The notes under the pieces: generated by a model
The model's input: the letters and a program-made list of their open reading frames with translations, nothing else
Told to the model about the DNA's origin: nothing
The model's database searches: none
Translations under genes and position numbers: made by a program
Shown: positions 18,365 through 27,963 of the stretch, in pieces
Position numbering within the stretch: the stretch's first letter is position 1
Layout of the letters: each line of letters begins with the position of its first letter
DNA from: an uncultured Fidelibacterota bacterium
Lineage (GTDB): Bacteria > Fidelibacterota > Marinisomatia > Marinisomatales > Marinisomataceae
Assembly (NCBI GenBank): GCA_902629855.1
Contig: CACOSI010000003.1
Coordinates: 78,721-142,720, forward strand
DNA: 64,000 bases
Direction: 5' to 3'

Positions 18365-20287
18365 ATGTATTTTAGATCAATAATTTTTATTTTAATCTTT
18401 ATAATGGCATGTTCAGATAATAACAAAGCAGTTTCAAATAGCGATACTAAATCAAGTACAGAAGTACCACTAAGATCAGAAATTGATGCTAAATATAAAT
18501 GGGATATGACTGCTGTCTATCCAACAGAAGAAGCGTGGGAAGAGGACTTAAATTTTGTTAAAGAATTATACCCAGGTATATTAGAATTTAAAGGAAAGCT
18601 TGTTTCATCCCCAGACGTTCTTTTAGAGGCGCTTGAGCTAGACAATAAAATCAACCAAACTTTATGGAAATTATATCATTACGCTTCCAATTCGTCCAAT
18701 GCTGACGTAAGAAATGAAAAGTATCAGGAAATGGTTCAAAGAGTGATAAATACATATGTTAAAATCGGAGAAGTAAGTGCTTTTTTCACTCCTGAAATCC
18801 TCGAAAATGATTATAGCGTTATTGAAAATTTAATGGAGAAAAATGATAAGCTAAAAATTTATGAAAAACAATTCAGGGATTTATATATTTCAAAACCTCA
18901 TATTTTATCAGAAAAAGAAGAAAGAATATTATCAATGGCAGGAAAAATATCTGGAGTTTCTAGCGATGCTTATGATATTATGAGAGCAACTGATTTTGTT
19001 TATCCAACATTTGAAGATGAAAATGGAAATGAATTGACTATGTCTCAAGGAAGATATGGTAAATATACAAAGTCTCCAGATCGAAGAGTAAGGGAGGATA
19101 TGTATAAGGCTTTGTATGTTCCTTTTAAGAGCAATATTAATACTATGTCAGTGCTTATGAAAGGTAATGTTGAAGGACACATTTTTTATGCAAATGCAAG
19201 AGGTTATGATAGTACTCTTGAAGCAAGAATGAAAGCAGATGGAATGTCAACTGAAGTTTACAAGAATCTTGTTAAGAGCGTAAATGATAATTTACAACCT
19301 CTACATAGATGGGCTGAGATTAAGGCTAAATATTTAGGATTAGAAAAAATTAAGCCATTTGATACTTATGCTCCACTTGCTGATTCAACAATAGTGTATA
19401 CATACGAGCAAGCTCAAGATATCATATTAGAAGCACTAGACCCACTACTGCAGTCTAATGAAGCTGAATTGAGAAAATTTACTGAAAAAATGTATAATGA
19501 AAATTTAATTGATGTATTTGAAAGTAAAGGAAAGCAAAGTGGTGCTTACATGTCATCTACATGGGGTCTAGATCCTCGAATTAAACTTAATTTTTCAGGA
19601 ACTTTGGATGATATTTTTACTCTTGCACATGAATTAGGCCACGCATACCATTCCTATTTGAGTCAGAAAAATCAACCATATCCTTACTATGATTATACCA
19701 CATTTAATGCTGAAGCAGCTGCTATTGCAACCGAGGCTCTTTTAATGGATCATTTACTTGCCAACGCGAAAAATGATGAAGAGAAAGCTTTTTTGATTCA
19801 AAACTATATTCAAAGCATTGGATCAACCTACTATAGACAAACCCGTTTTGCAGAGTTTGAACTATTAATTCATGAAGCTGCAGAGAATGGGCAAGTTTTA
19901 ACTGAAGATTTTATTACAGAATCTTTTGGAGAAATGTACAGTAAGTATTGGGGACCTTATATGGAAATAACAGAAGAAGAGGCTTATTCTTGGTCAAGAA
20001 TACCACATTTCTATTACAATTATTATGTTTATACATATGCAACATCTTTCGCTGCAGCTGAAAAAATAGCTGAAAATGTAAGAAAAGATGGCCAAGATGC
20101 TATTGATGATTTTATTGCATATCTATCTACTGGAAGCTCAGATTATCCTGTTGAATTACTAAAAATAGCTGGAGCTGATATGACAACTTCAGAGCCTTTT
20201 GAAGCAGTTTCTAGAAAGATGAATTTTTTAATGGATGAGCTTGAAAAAATTCTTGAAGTAAAATCATTAAACGACGTTGAATCTTAA
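18365..20287 (+). CDS. pepF: oligoendopeptidase F (M3B), predicted lipoprotein
   Basis: KYKWD, TLAHELGHAYH, WSRIPHFY; lipobox IMAC. Confidence 0.92.
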   Translation: MYFRSIIFILIFIMACSDNNKAVSNSDTKSSTEVPLRSEIDAKYKWDMTAVYPTEEAWEEDLNFVKELYPGILEFKGKLVSSPDVLLEALELDNKINQTLWKLYHYASNSSNADVRNEKYQEMVQRVINTYVKIGEVSAFFTPEILENDYSVIENLMEKNDKLKIYEKQFRDLYISKPHILSEKEERILSMAGKISGVSSDAYDIMRATDFVYPTFEDENGNELTMSQGRYGKYTKSPDRRVREDMYKALYVPFKSNINTMSVLMKGNVEGHIFYANARGYDSTLEARMKADGMSTEVYKNLVKSVNDNLQPLHRWAEIKAKYLGLEKIKPFDTYAPLADSTIVYTYEQAQDIILEALDPLLQSNEAELRKFTEKMYNENLIDVFESKGKQSGAYMSSTWGLDPRIKLNFSGTLDDIFTLAHELGHAYHSYLSQKNQPYPYYDYTTFNAEAAAIATEALLMDHLLANAKNDEEKAFLIQNYIQSIGSTYYRQTRFAEFELLIHEAAENGQVLTEDFITESFGEMYSKYWGPYMEITEEEAYSWSRIPHFYYNYYVYTYATSFAAAEKIAENVRKDGQDAIDDFIAYLSTGSSDYPVELLKIAGADMTTSEPFEAVSRKMNFLMDELEKILEVKSLNDVES

Positions 20288-20777
20288 GAGAAAAATTAGA
20301 CAAATCCACTTTTGGATTTCACCGATTGTAATTATTCCTATAATTATTATGGTTTCAAGTGGAATAATGCTGCAGTTAAAGAAGCAATCTAACTGGGTAC
20401 AGCCAAATGTTGAAATAACCTCATCAAGCAAACCTGTTATGCTTCAGGCATATCTCGATGCTGCAAAATCTGTTGAAGAAGCAAATGTTTTTTCCTGGGA
20501 AGATATTGAAAGAATTGATATCAGACCAAACAAGGGGATAGCTAAACTAAAATCAAAAAATAATTGGGAAATTCAAATAGATATCGAAACTGCAGAAATT
20601 TATGCCAAAAATTTTAGGAGATCTGACATTATTGAATCAATTCATGATGGCTCATTCTTTAGCGAGGTAGTGAAGTATGGATGGTTTTTACCTTCAGGTA
20701 TTTTACTGTTGATTTTAAGTTTATCAGGAATTTATATGTTTTTTATTCCTATATTGAAGAGAAGGAATAGGTCATAA
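20277..20777 (+). CDS. PepSY-associated TM helix protein
   Basis: RQIHFW, IESIHDGSFF, LSGIYM. Confidence 0.8.
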   Translation: MNLKRKIRQIHFWISPIVIIPIIIMVSSGIMLQLKKQSNWVQPNVEITSSSKPVMLQAYLDAAKSVEEANVFSWEDIERIDIRPNKGIAKLKSKNNWEIQIDIETAEIYAKNFRRSDIIESIHDGSFFSEVVKYGWFLPSGILLLILSLSGIYMFFIPILKRRNRS

Positions 20778-21890
20778 ATGAAAAAGATTATTTATTTATT
20801 ATTTTTTACAGCTATTGTTGGTCAACAGCCCTCAACTGAAAATATTCAAAATATTTCAATTGTTTCTACTTCAAATGTTTTTTCAGAGTATTATGACTGC
20901 GGTTGTCCAAAAAATCCTTTAGGGGGAATTGCTAGAAAAACATTTTTTTTAAAAAATATGATGTCTGGTAGAGAATCAATTTTAGTTGATGCTGGAAACT
21001 TATTTTTTGATAATAACAAAATTAATCCAGATAATTTATCTCTTGAAAACAAAAAATTTAAAGCTAAAAATTTAGTGAAAACACTTGAATTTACTGGTCA
21101 AAACATTGTCAACATTGGAGCGAATGACTTTAAAGCTGGGGTAGAATTCCTAAAAGGAATAACTAAAAATTCTAAAGTGAACTTTATTTCAGCCAATTTA
21201 TATGACTCTAATAATGAACTTTTATTTAAGCCATATCATATAATCAATAAAGAAAATACTAAAATTGCCTTTATTGGATTAAGTCAGTCAGCAAACAGTA
21301 GAGGGTTAACTAATAAGAATTTTATTGAAGTTGGAAATAAATATGTCAATGAATTAAAAGAAAAAGCTGATATAATTGTAATGTTAGTTAATGTGAGAGA
21401 AGACAATGTCTTGGATCTTTCAAATTCCTTTTCAGATGCAGACTATATTTTCATGAGCGGTTCAACAAGGAGAACGGAACCTAGAAGTAAGCAAAACGAG
21501 AATGGTTCGCTTGTTTATTCAGGAGGAATTCAAGGAAAACATTTAAGCATCTTAGATATTAGGATAAAAGAGCCCCAAAAGGCCATAAATGATGTTTCAG
21601 CCCCTTTTAATCGTTTACAGGAGATAGACTATAGGTTAAACAGACTTCAGGCCAAGGACCCTTCAAAAAGACTTGAAGAAATATATGCTAATCAACCAAA
21701 TGTTCTTTCTTTGATTGAAAAATATCAAAAAGAGGCAACTGAACTTGGTATTTCTTTATCACAATACAGAAACAGAAGCATATTTTTTAGCGTTCCTTTG
21801 TCACCGTCTATTCCTGATGATAAAGAAGTTGCAGCTCTCATTAGTGAAATTGAAGCTGAAGCAAGCTTCTCATTGAAGCATACACATTAA
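20778..21890 (+). CDS. UshA-like calcineurin-fold exported protein with CxC motif
   Basis: Signal peptide, YDCGCPKNPLGGIAR, VDAGN, FISANL; canonical metal ligands partly lost. Confidence 0.7.
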   Translation: MKKIIYLLFFTAIVGQQPSTENIQNISIVSTSNVFSEYYDCGCPKNPLGGIARKTFFLKNMMSGRESILVDAGNLFFDNNKINPDNLSLENKKFKAKNLVKTLEFTGQNIVNIGANDFKAGVEFLKGITKNSKVNFISANLYDSNNELLFKPYHIINKENTKIAFIGLSQSANSRGLTNKNFIEVGNKYVNELKEKADIIVMLVNVREDNVLDLSNSFSDADYIFMSGSTRRTEPRSKQNENGSLVYSGGIQGKHLSILDIRIKEPQKAINDVSAPFNRLQEIDYRLNRLQAKDPSKRLEEIYANQPNVLSLIEKYQKEATELGISLSQYRNRSIFFSVPLSPSIPDDKEVAALISEIEAEASFSLKHTH

Positions 21891-21948
21891 AACTATATTT
21901 TATTTTTTCGTTTGAAAAAGAAATTTTTGTTTTTATTATGACCATATT

Positions 21949-22021
21949 GCGAGTGTAGCTCAGCTGGTAGAGCACAACCTTGCCAAGGTTGGGGTCGCGC
22001 GTTCGAATCGCGTCACTCGCT
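21949..22021 (+). tRNA. tRNA-Gly(GCC)
   Basis: GCGAGTG/CACTCGC acceptor, CAACC-TTGCCAA-GGTTG anticodon arm, U73; CCA not encoded. Confidence 0.97.
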
Positions 22022-22503
22022 CACTTTTTTGTCCAATTAAAGAAACTATCAACTATTCTGCGGTGTACATTCAAGGAGCTTATTTTTAATTCTTTACTTC
22101 TTAAAGCATAATACCACGCAAGTATTTTAATATCTATATGTTTTACCATTATTCCTGAACCGTATCTTTGTGAAACAATATTATTAAACTTTTTTAGATG
22201 ATATTTTATTTTTTCTAAAGATTTAATTTTTAAATCATTTTTTTGACTTTTTTTAAAAAGTAAATAGGTTTCAATGGCATTATTTAAGTTCATTTCTTTT
22301 TTGCCACCGTTTTTGGCTTTGAATGATCTATCAAGCTCTTTTTTTTGTTTTTTACAATCCTCCCATGAAAGGGTAGGGCCAAGCTTTCCAATTGTAATAT
22401 TATAGTATCTTTTTTTATTTTTTAATGGATCAAATGCATAAGTGGAGTACATCACATATCCATCTTCTTTACCATTTCTTTTACGCTTATAAATGCTACT
22501 CAT
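22021..22503 (-). CDS. tyrosine-integrase N-terminal fragment (arm-binding plus core-binding-like domains, no catalytic domain)
   Basis: MSSIYKR start, beta-beta-beta-alpha pattern, SAM-like helices ending SSLNVHRRIVDSFFNW; abuts tRNA 3' end. Confidence 0.6.
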   Translation of the reverse strand: MSSIYKRKRNGKEDGYVMYSTYAFDPLKNKKRYYNITIGKLGPTLSWEDCKKQKKELDRSFKAKNGGKKEMNLNNAIETYLLFKKSQKNDLKIKSLEKIKYHLKKFNNIVSQRYGSGIMVKHIDIKILAWYYALRSKELKISSLNVHRRIVDSFFNWTKK

Positions 22504-22648
22504 AATCAAATTTTGTCACTAATTTATGTAATATAAAAATAAATATAATTATAACACACAAATATTATACACATTTTGTTAATAACTCTTTAAATATAGT
22601 AATAATATAGTTTAGAGATAATTTAAAAATTTTATAAAAGTTTTTTTT

Positions 22649-23104
22649 ATGAAAGAAAATATTGAAATAATTAGTAATAATAGAAAAGCATTTCATAGTT
22701 ATACAATAATTGAAAAGTTTGAAGCTGGGCTAATACTTTACGGCAGTGAAGTTAAAAGTTTAAGGGAAAAAAAACTCAATCTAAAAGAGAGTTTTATAAC
22801 ATTAAATAATAACAGATTTTTTTTAATAAATGCCCATATTAGTCAATATTCTCATGCTGGATTTAACGGACATGATCCGGTAAGAAAAAGGGAGATTCTT
22901 CTCAATAAAAAAGAAATTCATAAGCTCAAAAATGTTGTTGCTCAAAAAGGACTAACTATTGTACCTTTAAAAGCCTACTTTAAGAACGGTATTGCAAAAG
23001 TGGAATTTGCAACCGCTCGAGGAAAAAAAATGTATCAGAAAAAAGAAGCTTTAAAAATCAAAGATTTAGATAGAGAAGCTCGTAGAGAGATAAGAAGAGG
23101 ATAA
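22649..23104 (+). CDS. smpB: SsrA-binding protein
   Basis: NRKAFHSY, EAGLILYGSEVKSLR, GLTIVPL, RGKK. Confidence 0.97.
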   Translation: MKENIEIISNNRKAFHSYTIIEKFEAGLILYGSEVKSLREKKLNLKESFITLNNNRFFLINAHISQYSHAGFNGHDPVRKREILLNKKEIHKLKNVVAQKGLTIVPLKAYFKNGIAKVEFATARGKKMYQKKEALKIKDLDREARREIRRG

Positions 23105-24318
23105 TGAGTTTTTTACCCGTCGATGAACAGCTAGAAATTATTTCTAGGGGAACGGAGGAGGTTATTCCTCTAAATGACCTTAGGAAAAAACTTGAAAAAT
23201 CTATAAAAAATAATAAACCACTGGTCATAAAACTTGGATGTGATCCAAGTAGGCCAGATCTTCATATTGGTCATGGTGTCGTGCTGCAAAAACTTAGAGA
23301 TTTTCAAGATTTAGGACATCAGGCAATATTAGTTATTGGGGATTTCACAGCAATGATTGGAGACCCATCTGATAGAAATAAAACGCGACCTCAACTTACT
23401 TTGGAAGAAGCCAAAGCTAATGCAGAATCATATATTAAACAATCTAAAGTAATACTTGATGTAAAAAATCTTAAAGTGTTATTTAATAGCACTTGGCTTA
23501 ATAAAATGAACTTTCAAGATGTAATTAATTTAAGTAGTAAATATACAGTTGCTCGAATGATTGAAAGAGATGATTTCACAAAAAGATTTGAATCCGAAAT
23601 ACCAATTTCAATGCATGAATTTTTGTATCCATTAGCACAAGCAATGGACTCCGTAGAAATTAAATCTGATGTTGAGCTTGGAGGAACAGATCAAAAATTT
23701 AACTTGTTAGTTGGAAGAGATATTCAAAAAGAACACAATCAAGATCCGCAGTCCATAATAACATTGCCACTTCTTGAGGGTACAGATGGAATCGAAAAAA
23801 TGTCTAAATCCTATGACAATTATATTGCTCTGGACGACTCTGCTGAGGATATGTATGGAAAAATTATGTCGATTAACGACTCAATGATTGAAAAGTACTA
23901 TAAATTAGCAATCTTTGCAGAAAAGAAAAAAGTTTTAGAGGTTAAAAGTTTGCTTAAAGATGATTCAATAAATCCTCGAGACATTAAGAAAGATTTAGCT
24001 AAGGCGCTCGTTGAAAAGTACTATGATGAAAATGCAGCTGAAAAAGCTGAGAAATCGTTTGAAAAAGTTTTTGTTAAGAGAGATAACCCTGATGATATGC
24101 CTGAGGTGGTACTATCCTCTGAAAAATCATTAATTGATTTATTGCTTGGTGAAAATCTAATCTCCAGTAAAGGAGAAGGCAAAAGGCTAATTGCTCAAAA
24201 AGCGATTAAAATTAGTGGTGAGATTTGTGATGATCCAAATAAACTACTTTCTTCGAAAGACAATGGTGCAATAATTAAAGTCGGAAAAAGACGTTTTTTA
24301 AAAATTGTTTCTTCATAA
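23104..24318 (+). CDS. tyrS: tyrosyl-tRNA synthetase
   Basis: HIGH, KMSKS, GGTDQKFN, C-terminal S4 KVGKRRF. Confidence 0.97.
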   Translation: MSFLPVDEQLEIISRGTEEVIPLNDLRKKLEKSIKNNKPLVIKLGCDPSRPDLHIGHGVVLQKLRDFQDLGHQAILVIGDFTAMIGDPSDRNKTRPQLTLEEAKANAESYIKQSKVILDVKNLKVLFNSTWLNKMNFQDVINLSSKYTVARMIERDDFTKRFESEIPISMHEFLYPLAQAMDSVEIKSDVELGGTDQKFNLLVGRDIQKEHNQDPQSIITLPLLEGTDGIEKMSKSYDNYIALDDSAEDMYGKIMSINDSMIEKYYKLAIFAEKKKVLEVKSLLKDDSINPRDIKKDLAKALVEKYYDENAAEKAEKSFEKVFVKRDNPDDMPEVVLSSEKSLIDLLLGENLISSKGEGKRLIAQKAIKISGEICDDPNKLLSSKDNGAIIKVGKRRFLKIVSS

Positions 24319-24392
24319 TTATTTTTTTTGTTACTCAATTTAAATAAATCATATAAATTCAGAAGTTTATAATTAAATGATTTGGAAAATTT

Positions 24393-24722
24393 ATGTCTGA
24401 AAAATCTGTAAAAATTACTGATGAAAACTTTCAAGAGTTAGTTCTTGAGTCTGAAAAACTTGTTATAGTTGATTTTTGGGCTGAATGGTGCGGTCCATGT
24501 AAAGCTCTAGCACCTATTTTAGATAAAATTTGCGATGAATTCGGCGATAAAGTACTTGTAGGTAAGGTAAATGTCGATGAAGTTAAGCAAGCGCCCGTAA
24601 ATTACGGTATTCGCAGTATCCCAACTTTATTATTTTTTCATAATGGAGAAATTGTTAGACAAGAAGTTGGATTACAGTCAGAACAGGCATTAATTGATAG
24701 TGTTAACCAAGTCATAAGTTAA
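24393..24722 (+). CDS. trxA: thioredoxin
   Basis: DFWAEWCGPC, IRSIPT. Confidence 0.97.
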   Translation: MSEKSVKITDENFQELVLESEKLVIVDFWAEWCGPCKALAPILDKICDEFGDKVLVGKVNVDEVKQAPVNYGIRSIPTLLFFHNGEIVRQEVGLQSEQALIDSVNQVIS

Positions 24723-24735
24723 CAATTATTAATAA

Positions 24736-25674
24736 ATGACAGATAAAACTATTCATAAAACAATAATTATTGGTTCAGGTCCTGCAGGTCTAACTGCTGC
24801 AATTTATGCAGGAAGAGCCAACCTCAAACCAATTGTTTTCGAAGGCAATCAGCCCGGAGGACAATTGACAATTACGACTGATGTTGAAAACTTTCCTGGT
24901 TTTCCGGATGGAGTAATGGGTCCTGAAATGATGGATCTTTTTAGAAACCAAGCAAAGAAGTTTGGTGCAGAATGTTTTTTTAAGCATGTAACAAAAGTAG
25001 ATTTTTCTTCAAAGCCCTTTAAAGTATATGTTGGTGATGAAGAATTTTTATCAGAAACTGTTATTTTGTCAACCGGTGCTTCAGCGAGAATGTTGGGTCT
25101 TGAAGCTGAAAAAGATCTAATGGGCTATGGAATAAGTACTTGTGCCACTTGTGACGGATATTTCTTTAAGGATAAAGAAATTGTTGTTGTTGGTGGAGGT
25201 GATTCAGCAATGGAAGAAGCTTCATTTCTTACAAAATTTGCTAAAAAAGTAACAATTATTCATCGAAGAGAAGTTTTTAAAGCTTCCAAAATCATGCTTG
25301 AAAGGGCGAGAAACAACCCCAAAATTGATATAATGGTTAATAAGTCAATTTTAGACATAAAAGGTAATCAAAAAGACGGAGTTTCCAGTATAATCTTGAA
25401 AGATGCAATTGATGGAAAAGAAACCGTTTTTAACTGTGAAGGTGTTTTTTATGGTATAGGACATATTCCTAATACTGACTTTTTAAGCATGTTTCTTGAT
25501 GTTGACGAAAATGGATACATTATTACAAAAGCGGATTCTACACGAACCAATATCGATGGTGTCTTTGCTTGTGGCGATGTTCAAGATAGCCACTACAGGC
25601 AAGCAATTACTGCTGCTGGTTCAGGTTGTATGGCAGCAATAGATGCAGAAAAATTTCTTGAAAATTTAGAATAG
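24736..25674 (+). CDS. trxB: thioredoxin reductase
   Basis: GSGPAG, CATCDG, GGGDSAMEE, YRQAITAAG. Confidence 0.97.
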   Translation: MTDKTIHKTIIIGSGPAGLTAAIYAGRANLKPIVFEGNQPGGQLTITTDVENFPGFPDGVMGPEMMDLFRNQAKKFGAECFFKHVTKVDFSSKPFKVYVGDEEFLSETVILSTGASARMLGLEAEKDLMGYGISTCATCDGYFFKDKEIVVVGGGDSAMEEASFLTKFAKKVTIIHRREVFKASKIMLERARNNPKIDIMVNKSILDIKGNQKDGVSSIILKDAIDGKETVFNCEGVFYGIGHIPNTDFLSMFLDVDENGYIITKADSTRTNIDGVFACGDVQDSHYRQAITAAGSGCMAAIDAEKFLENLE

Positions 25675-25701
25675 TTTATATCTGTCCTTTAGGAGGATAG
25701 A

Positions 25702-26388
25702 ATGGATTTAAAACAGATTTATGATGTAAAAAAGTTAAAGCTTAAATATAAAACAAAAAAAGCTTTAGAAATTAAAACACTCAAATTCCATAATGGCTTG
25801 ATTTACGGTATTTGTGGAAATTTTGGTAGCGGTAAGTCTTCTTTACTAAAAGTACTAGCTGGCAAACAAAAAGAAACAAGCGGTACAGTTCTGTATCAAG
25901 GCAAGAAATTTAAAAGAAGCATTTTTGGTAATATTGTCGAACATAAAGATATTCAATATTTAGATGTTGATTCAATTACGTCCCGTAAAACGGTAAAAAA
26001 ACTAATTTCAGATAATTTTCCTTCCAAGGTCCAGCAGATTAAGTCAAAACATTTTACAATTTTTAATACAGAATCATTGTGGAATACACCAATAAATCAA
26101 CTTTCAGATGGTGAAAAACACTGGCTCAAAACAGTTGTTGGTGTTGAGAAAGATCCAAGAGTTTTGCTTGTGGATGATTATGGTGTTTCATTAGACCCGA
26201 AGAATGAAATAATCTTGAGAAAAAAAATAATCAAAATGAATAATATTCTGGGTACAACTGTCATTTTATCTTCGCAAAATGATTATTTTTTGAAACAATT
26301 TGCAAGTGTTATCATTTATCTTGATAATGGGCACGTCTCAAAAATAAGAAAAGGATTTAAGAAAAAAATTGGTCAAAAAAATCGCTAG
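25702..26388 (+). CDS. degenerate ABC-type ATP-binding protein
   Basis: Walker A GNFGSGKS, LSDGE signature, Walker B VLLVDD, switch SSQN. Confidence 0.75.
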   Translation: MDLKQIYDVKKLKLKYKTKKALEIKTLKFHNGLIYGICGNFGSGKSSLLKVLAGKQKETSGTVLYQGKKFKRSIFGNIVEHKDIQYLDVDSITSRKTVKKLISDNFPSKVQQIKSKHFTIFNTESLWNTPINQLSDGEKHWLKTVVGVEKDPRVLLVDDYGVSLDPKNEIILRKKIIKMNNILGTTVILSSQNDYFLKQFASVIIYLDNGHVSKIRKGFKKKIGQKNR

Positions 26389-27961
26389 GAACTTAAAAAA
26401 ATTATTATTGCTAATTTTTGCTTTAAATCAATTAGATGGTCAAGTAGATAGAAGATTCAACGTATTTGATTGGCAGATAATAGGTGAAAATCAATCTATA
26501 AATTCAGCAACAGAGGGATATCAATTTTTTTATTTTGCTACCTCTGGAAATGGAATTTTAAGATTTAATAAATTTACAAAAAGCTTCGATATTAATTTAA
26601 CTCAAGCACAGGGTATCAAATCTGATATAATTAAGCATGTTTACTTTGATGAATACACTGGAATTTTATGGGCAGTTGGAAACAAAAGTTTAGAGTTTTC
26701 ACAAAATAGAGAGGGAAATTGGATAAATATTAATTTAAGTTCACTTTCAATCAGAAGTTTTGAGGACATTAATGATATCGGGTCCTCAAAAAACTTCATC
26801 TGGATTAGAACTTATCAAGGATTTATAAAATTAGATCATATTAGCGGATCTTTCTTGGGTGTATTTGCATTCCCAGATGAGGATAATATTTATTGGGGAG
26901 ATATTTCTAGAGAAAATCTTACATTTTCAAATTTAGATTTTAGCTCATATTATATTACTGATGGCTGGTTTTTGTCAGGAAAAGGCATCAATGATAATCA
27001 AGGTTTATTTTCAAATTTTAATTCTTTTTTAAGTTCTAAAGATGGGAATTTGAGTTGGTTAACTCTAGATAATGGTTATTTAATGATTATTGATGAATTT
27101 AGTAAAACGGTTTCTCCATTAATTTCCGGAATTGGTTTTACTATTCCATATGCAATTTCTAAAGAAAATTATCAGTGGGTTGCTGGAGCCAGTAACACCA
27201 AAACAAAAGTTATAACCCGACTGGATAACGATTCAAAAGAGGTAAGTTTTTTTAAAAGTTCAGAATATTCCAACTTCTCAAATTCAAATATATTTTCAAG
27301 CCTAATTATCGAAGATGAAATCTGGTTTGGGGGAGATGGTCTAGTTATTGTTTATAACATAAAGAAAGATTTTTTTAGAACCTTAGGTTTTGAAAAAGGA
27401 ATGCCTCAAGGAAGAATAGAAGATCTAAAAAAAATGGGTAGTAATGTATATGCAAGATCAGTCAATGGTGTCGGTGTGATTAATTATAAATCAAAAGAAA
27501 AAGTTTTTTCTCCTATTTCAAATTTTATTTTTAGCAGAAATTTAATTGTAAGGAGTATTGAGCTCCATGAAAATAAAATTAAGTTTGCAACAAATAATGG
27601 CATTTATGAGTTATTAAATGATAATTCAATTGGTATTTCAGACAAAAAAAGCAACTTTACATATTTACTAAAAAACTTTGGTGAAAATCTTTATCGAGTT
27701 GATAATAAGGGAATCTATGTAGACAATGAAAAAATTATAAATTCTGCAGAATATTTTAATGACGAAGTACAGGATATTTTTGTCAAAAACGACATAATTT
27801 ATATTGGAACAAATAATGCTTTGGTAATTTATAATCAAAGTGAAAAATTAGTTGAAAATATATATGATTATAGTTTTTTGAAAAAAATAAATAAGATAGA
27901 TGCAATTGATGAATTTTTGATTTTACTTACATCAAAAGGTTTAGTTAAATTTAAATTATAA
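26369..27961 (+). CDS. exported beta-propeller-like protein
   Basis: Repeated blade-like motifs (YFATSGNGI, IWFGGDGL, YIGTNNAL, TSKGLV); start uncertain. Confidence 0.55.
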   Translation: MVKKIARNLKKLLLLIFALNQLDGQVDRRFNVFDWQIIGENQSINSATEGYQFFYFATSGNGILRFNKFTKSFDINLTQAQGIKSDIIKHVYFDEYTGILWAVGNKSLEFSQNREGNWININLSSLSIRSFEDINDIGSSKNFIWIRTYQGFIKLDHISGSFLGVFAFPDEDNIYWGDISRENLTFSNLDFSSYYITDGWFLSGKGINDNQGLFSNFNSFLSSKDGNLSWLTLDNGYLMIIDEFSKTVSPLISGIGFTIPYAISKENYQWVAGASNTKTKVITRLDNDSKEVSFFKSSEYSNFSNSNIFSSLIIEDEIWFGGDGLVIVYNIKKDFFRTLGFEKGMPQGRIEDLKKMGSNVYARSVNGVGVINYKSKEKVFSPISNFIFSRNLIVRSIELHENKIKFATNNGIYELLNDNSIGISDKKSNFTYLLKNFGENLYRVDNKGIYVDNEKIINSAEYFNDEVQDIFVKNDIIYIGTNNALVIYNQSEKLVENIYDYSFLKKINKIDAIDEFLILLTSKGLVKFKL

Positions 27962-27963
27962 TC

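Noticed and set aside
20895-20910. Selenocysteine recoding in the UshA-like gene
   Set aside because: Both Cys codons are TGC/TGT and there is no in-frame TGA.
22504-22648. AT-rich gap as oriC or dif
   Set aside because: Only one consensus DnaA box, gene orientation does not switch across it, no dnaA or dnaN nearby, and no convincing XerC/XerD arms.
21949-22648. Intact prophage or genomic island at tRNA-Gly
   Set aside because: No catalytic integrase, no duplicated tRNA 3' end seen, and core genes resume immediately.
22649-23104. tmRNA gene beside smpB
   Set aside because: No tRNA-like ssrA ends in the flanking gaps, which are too short.
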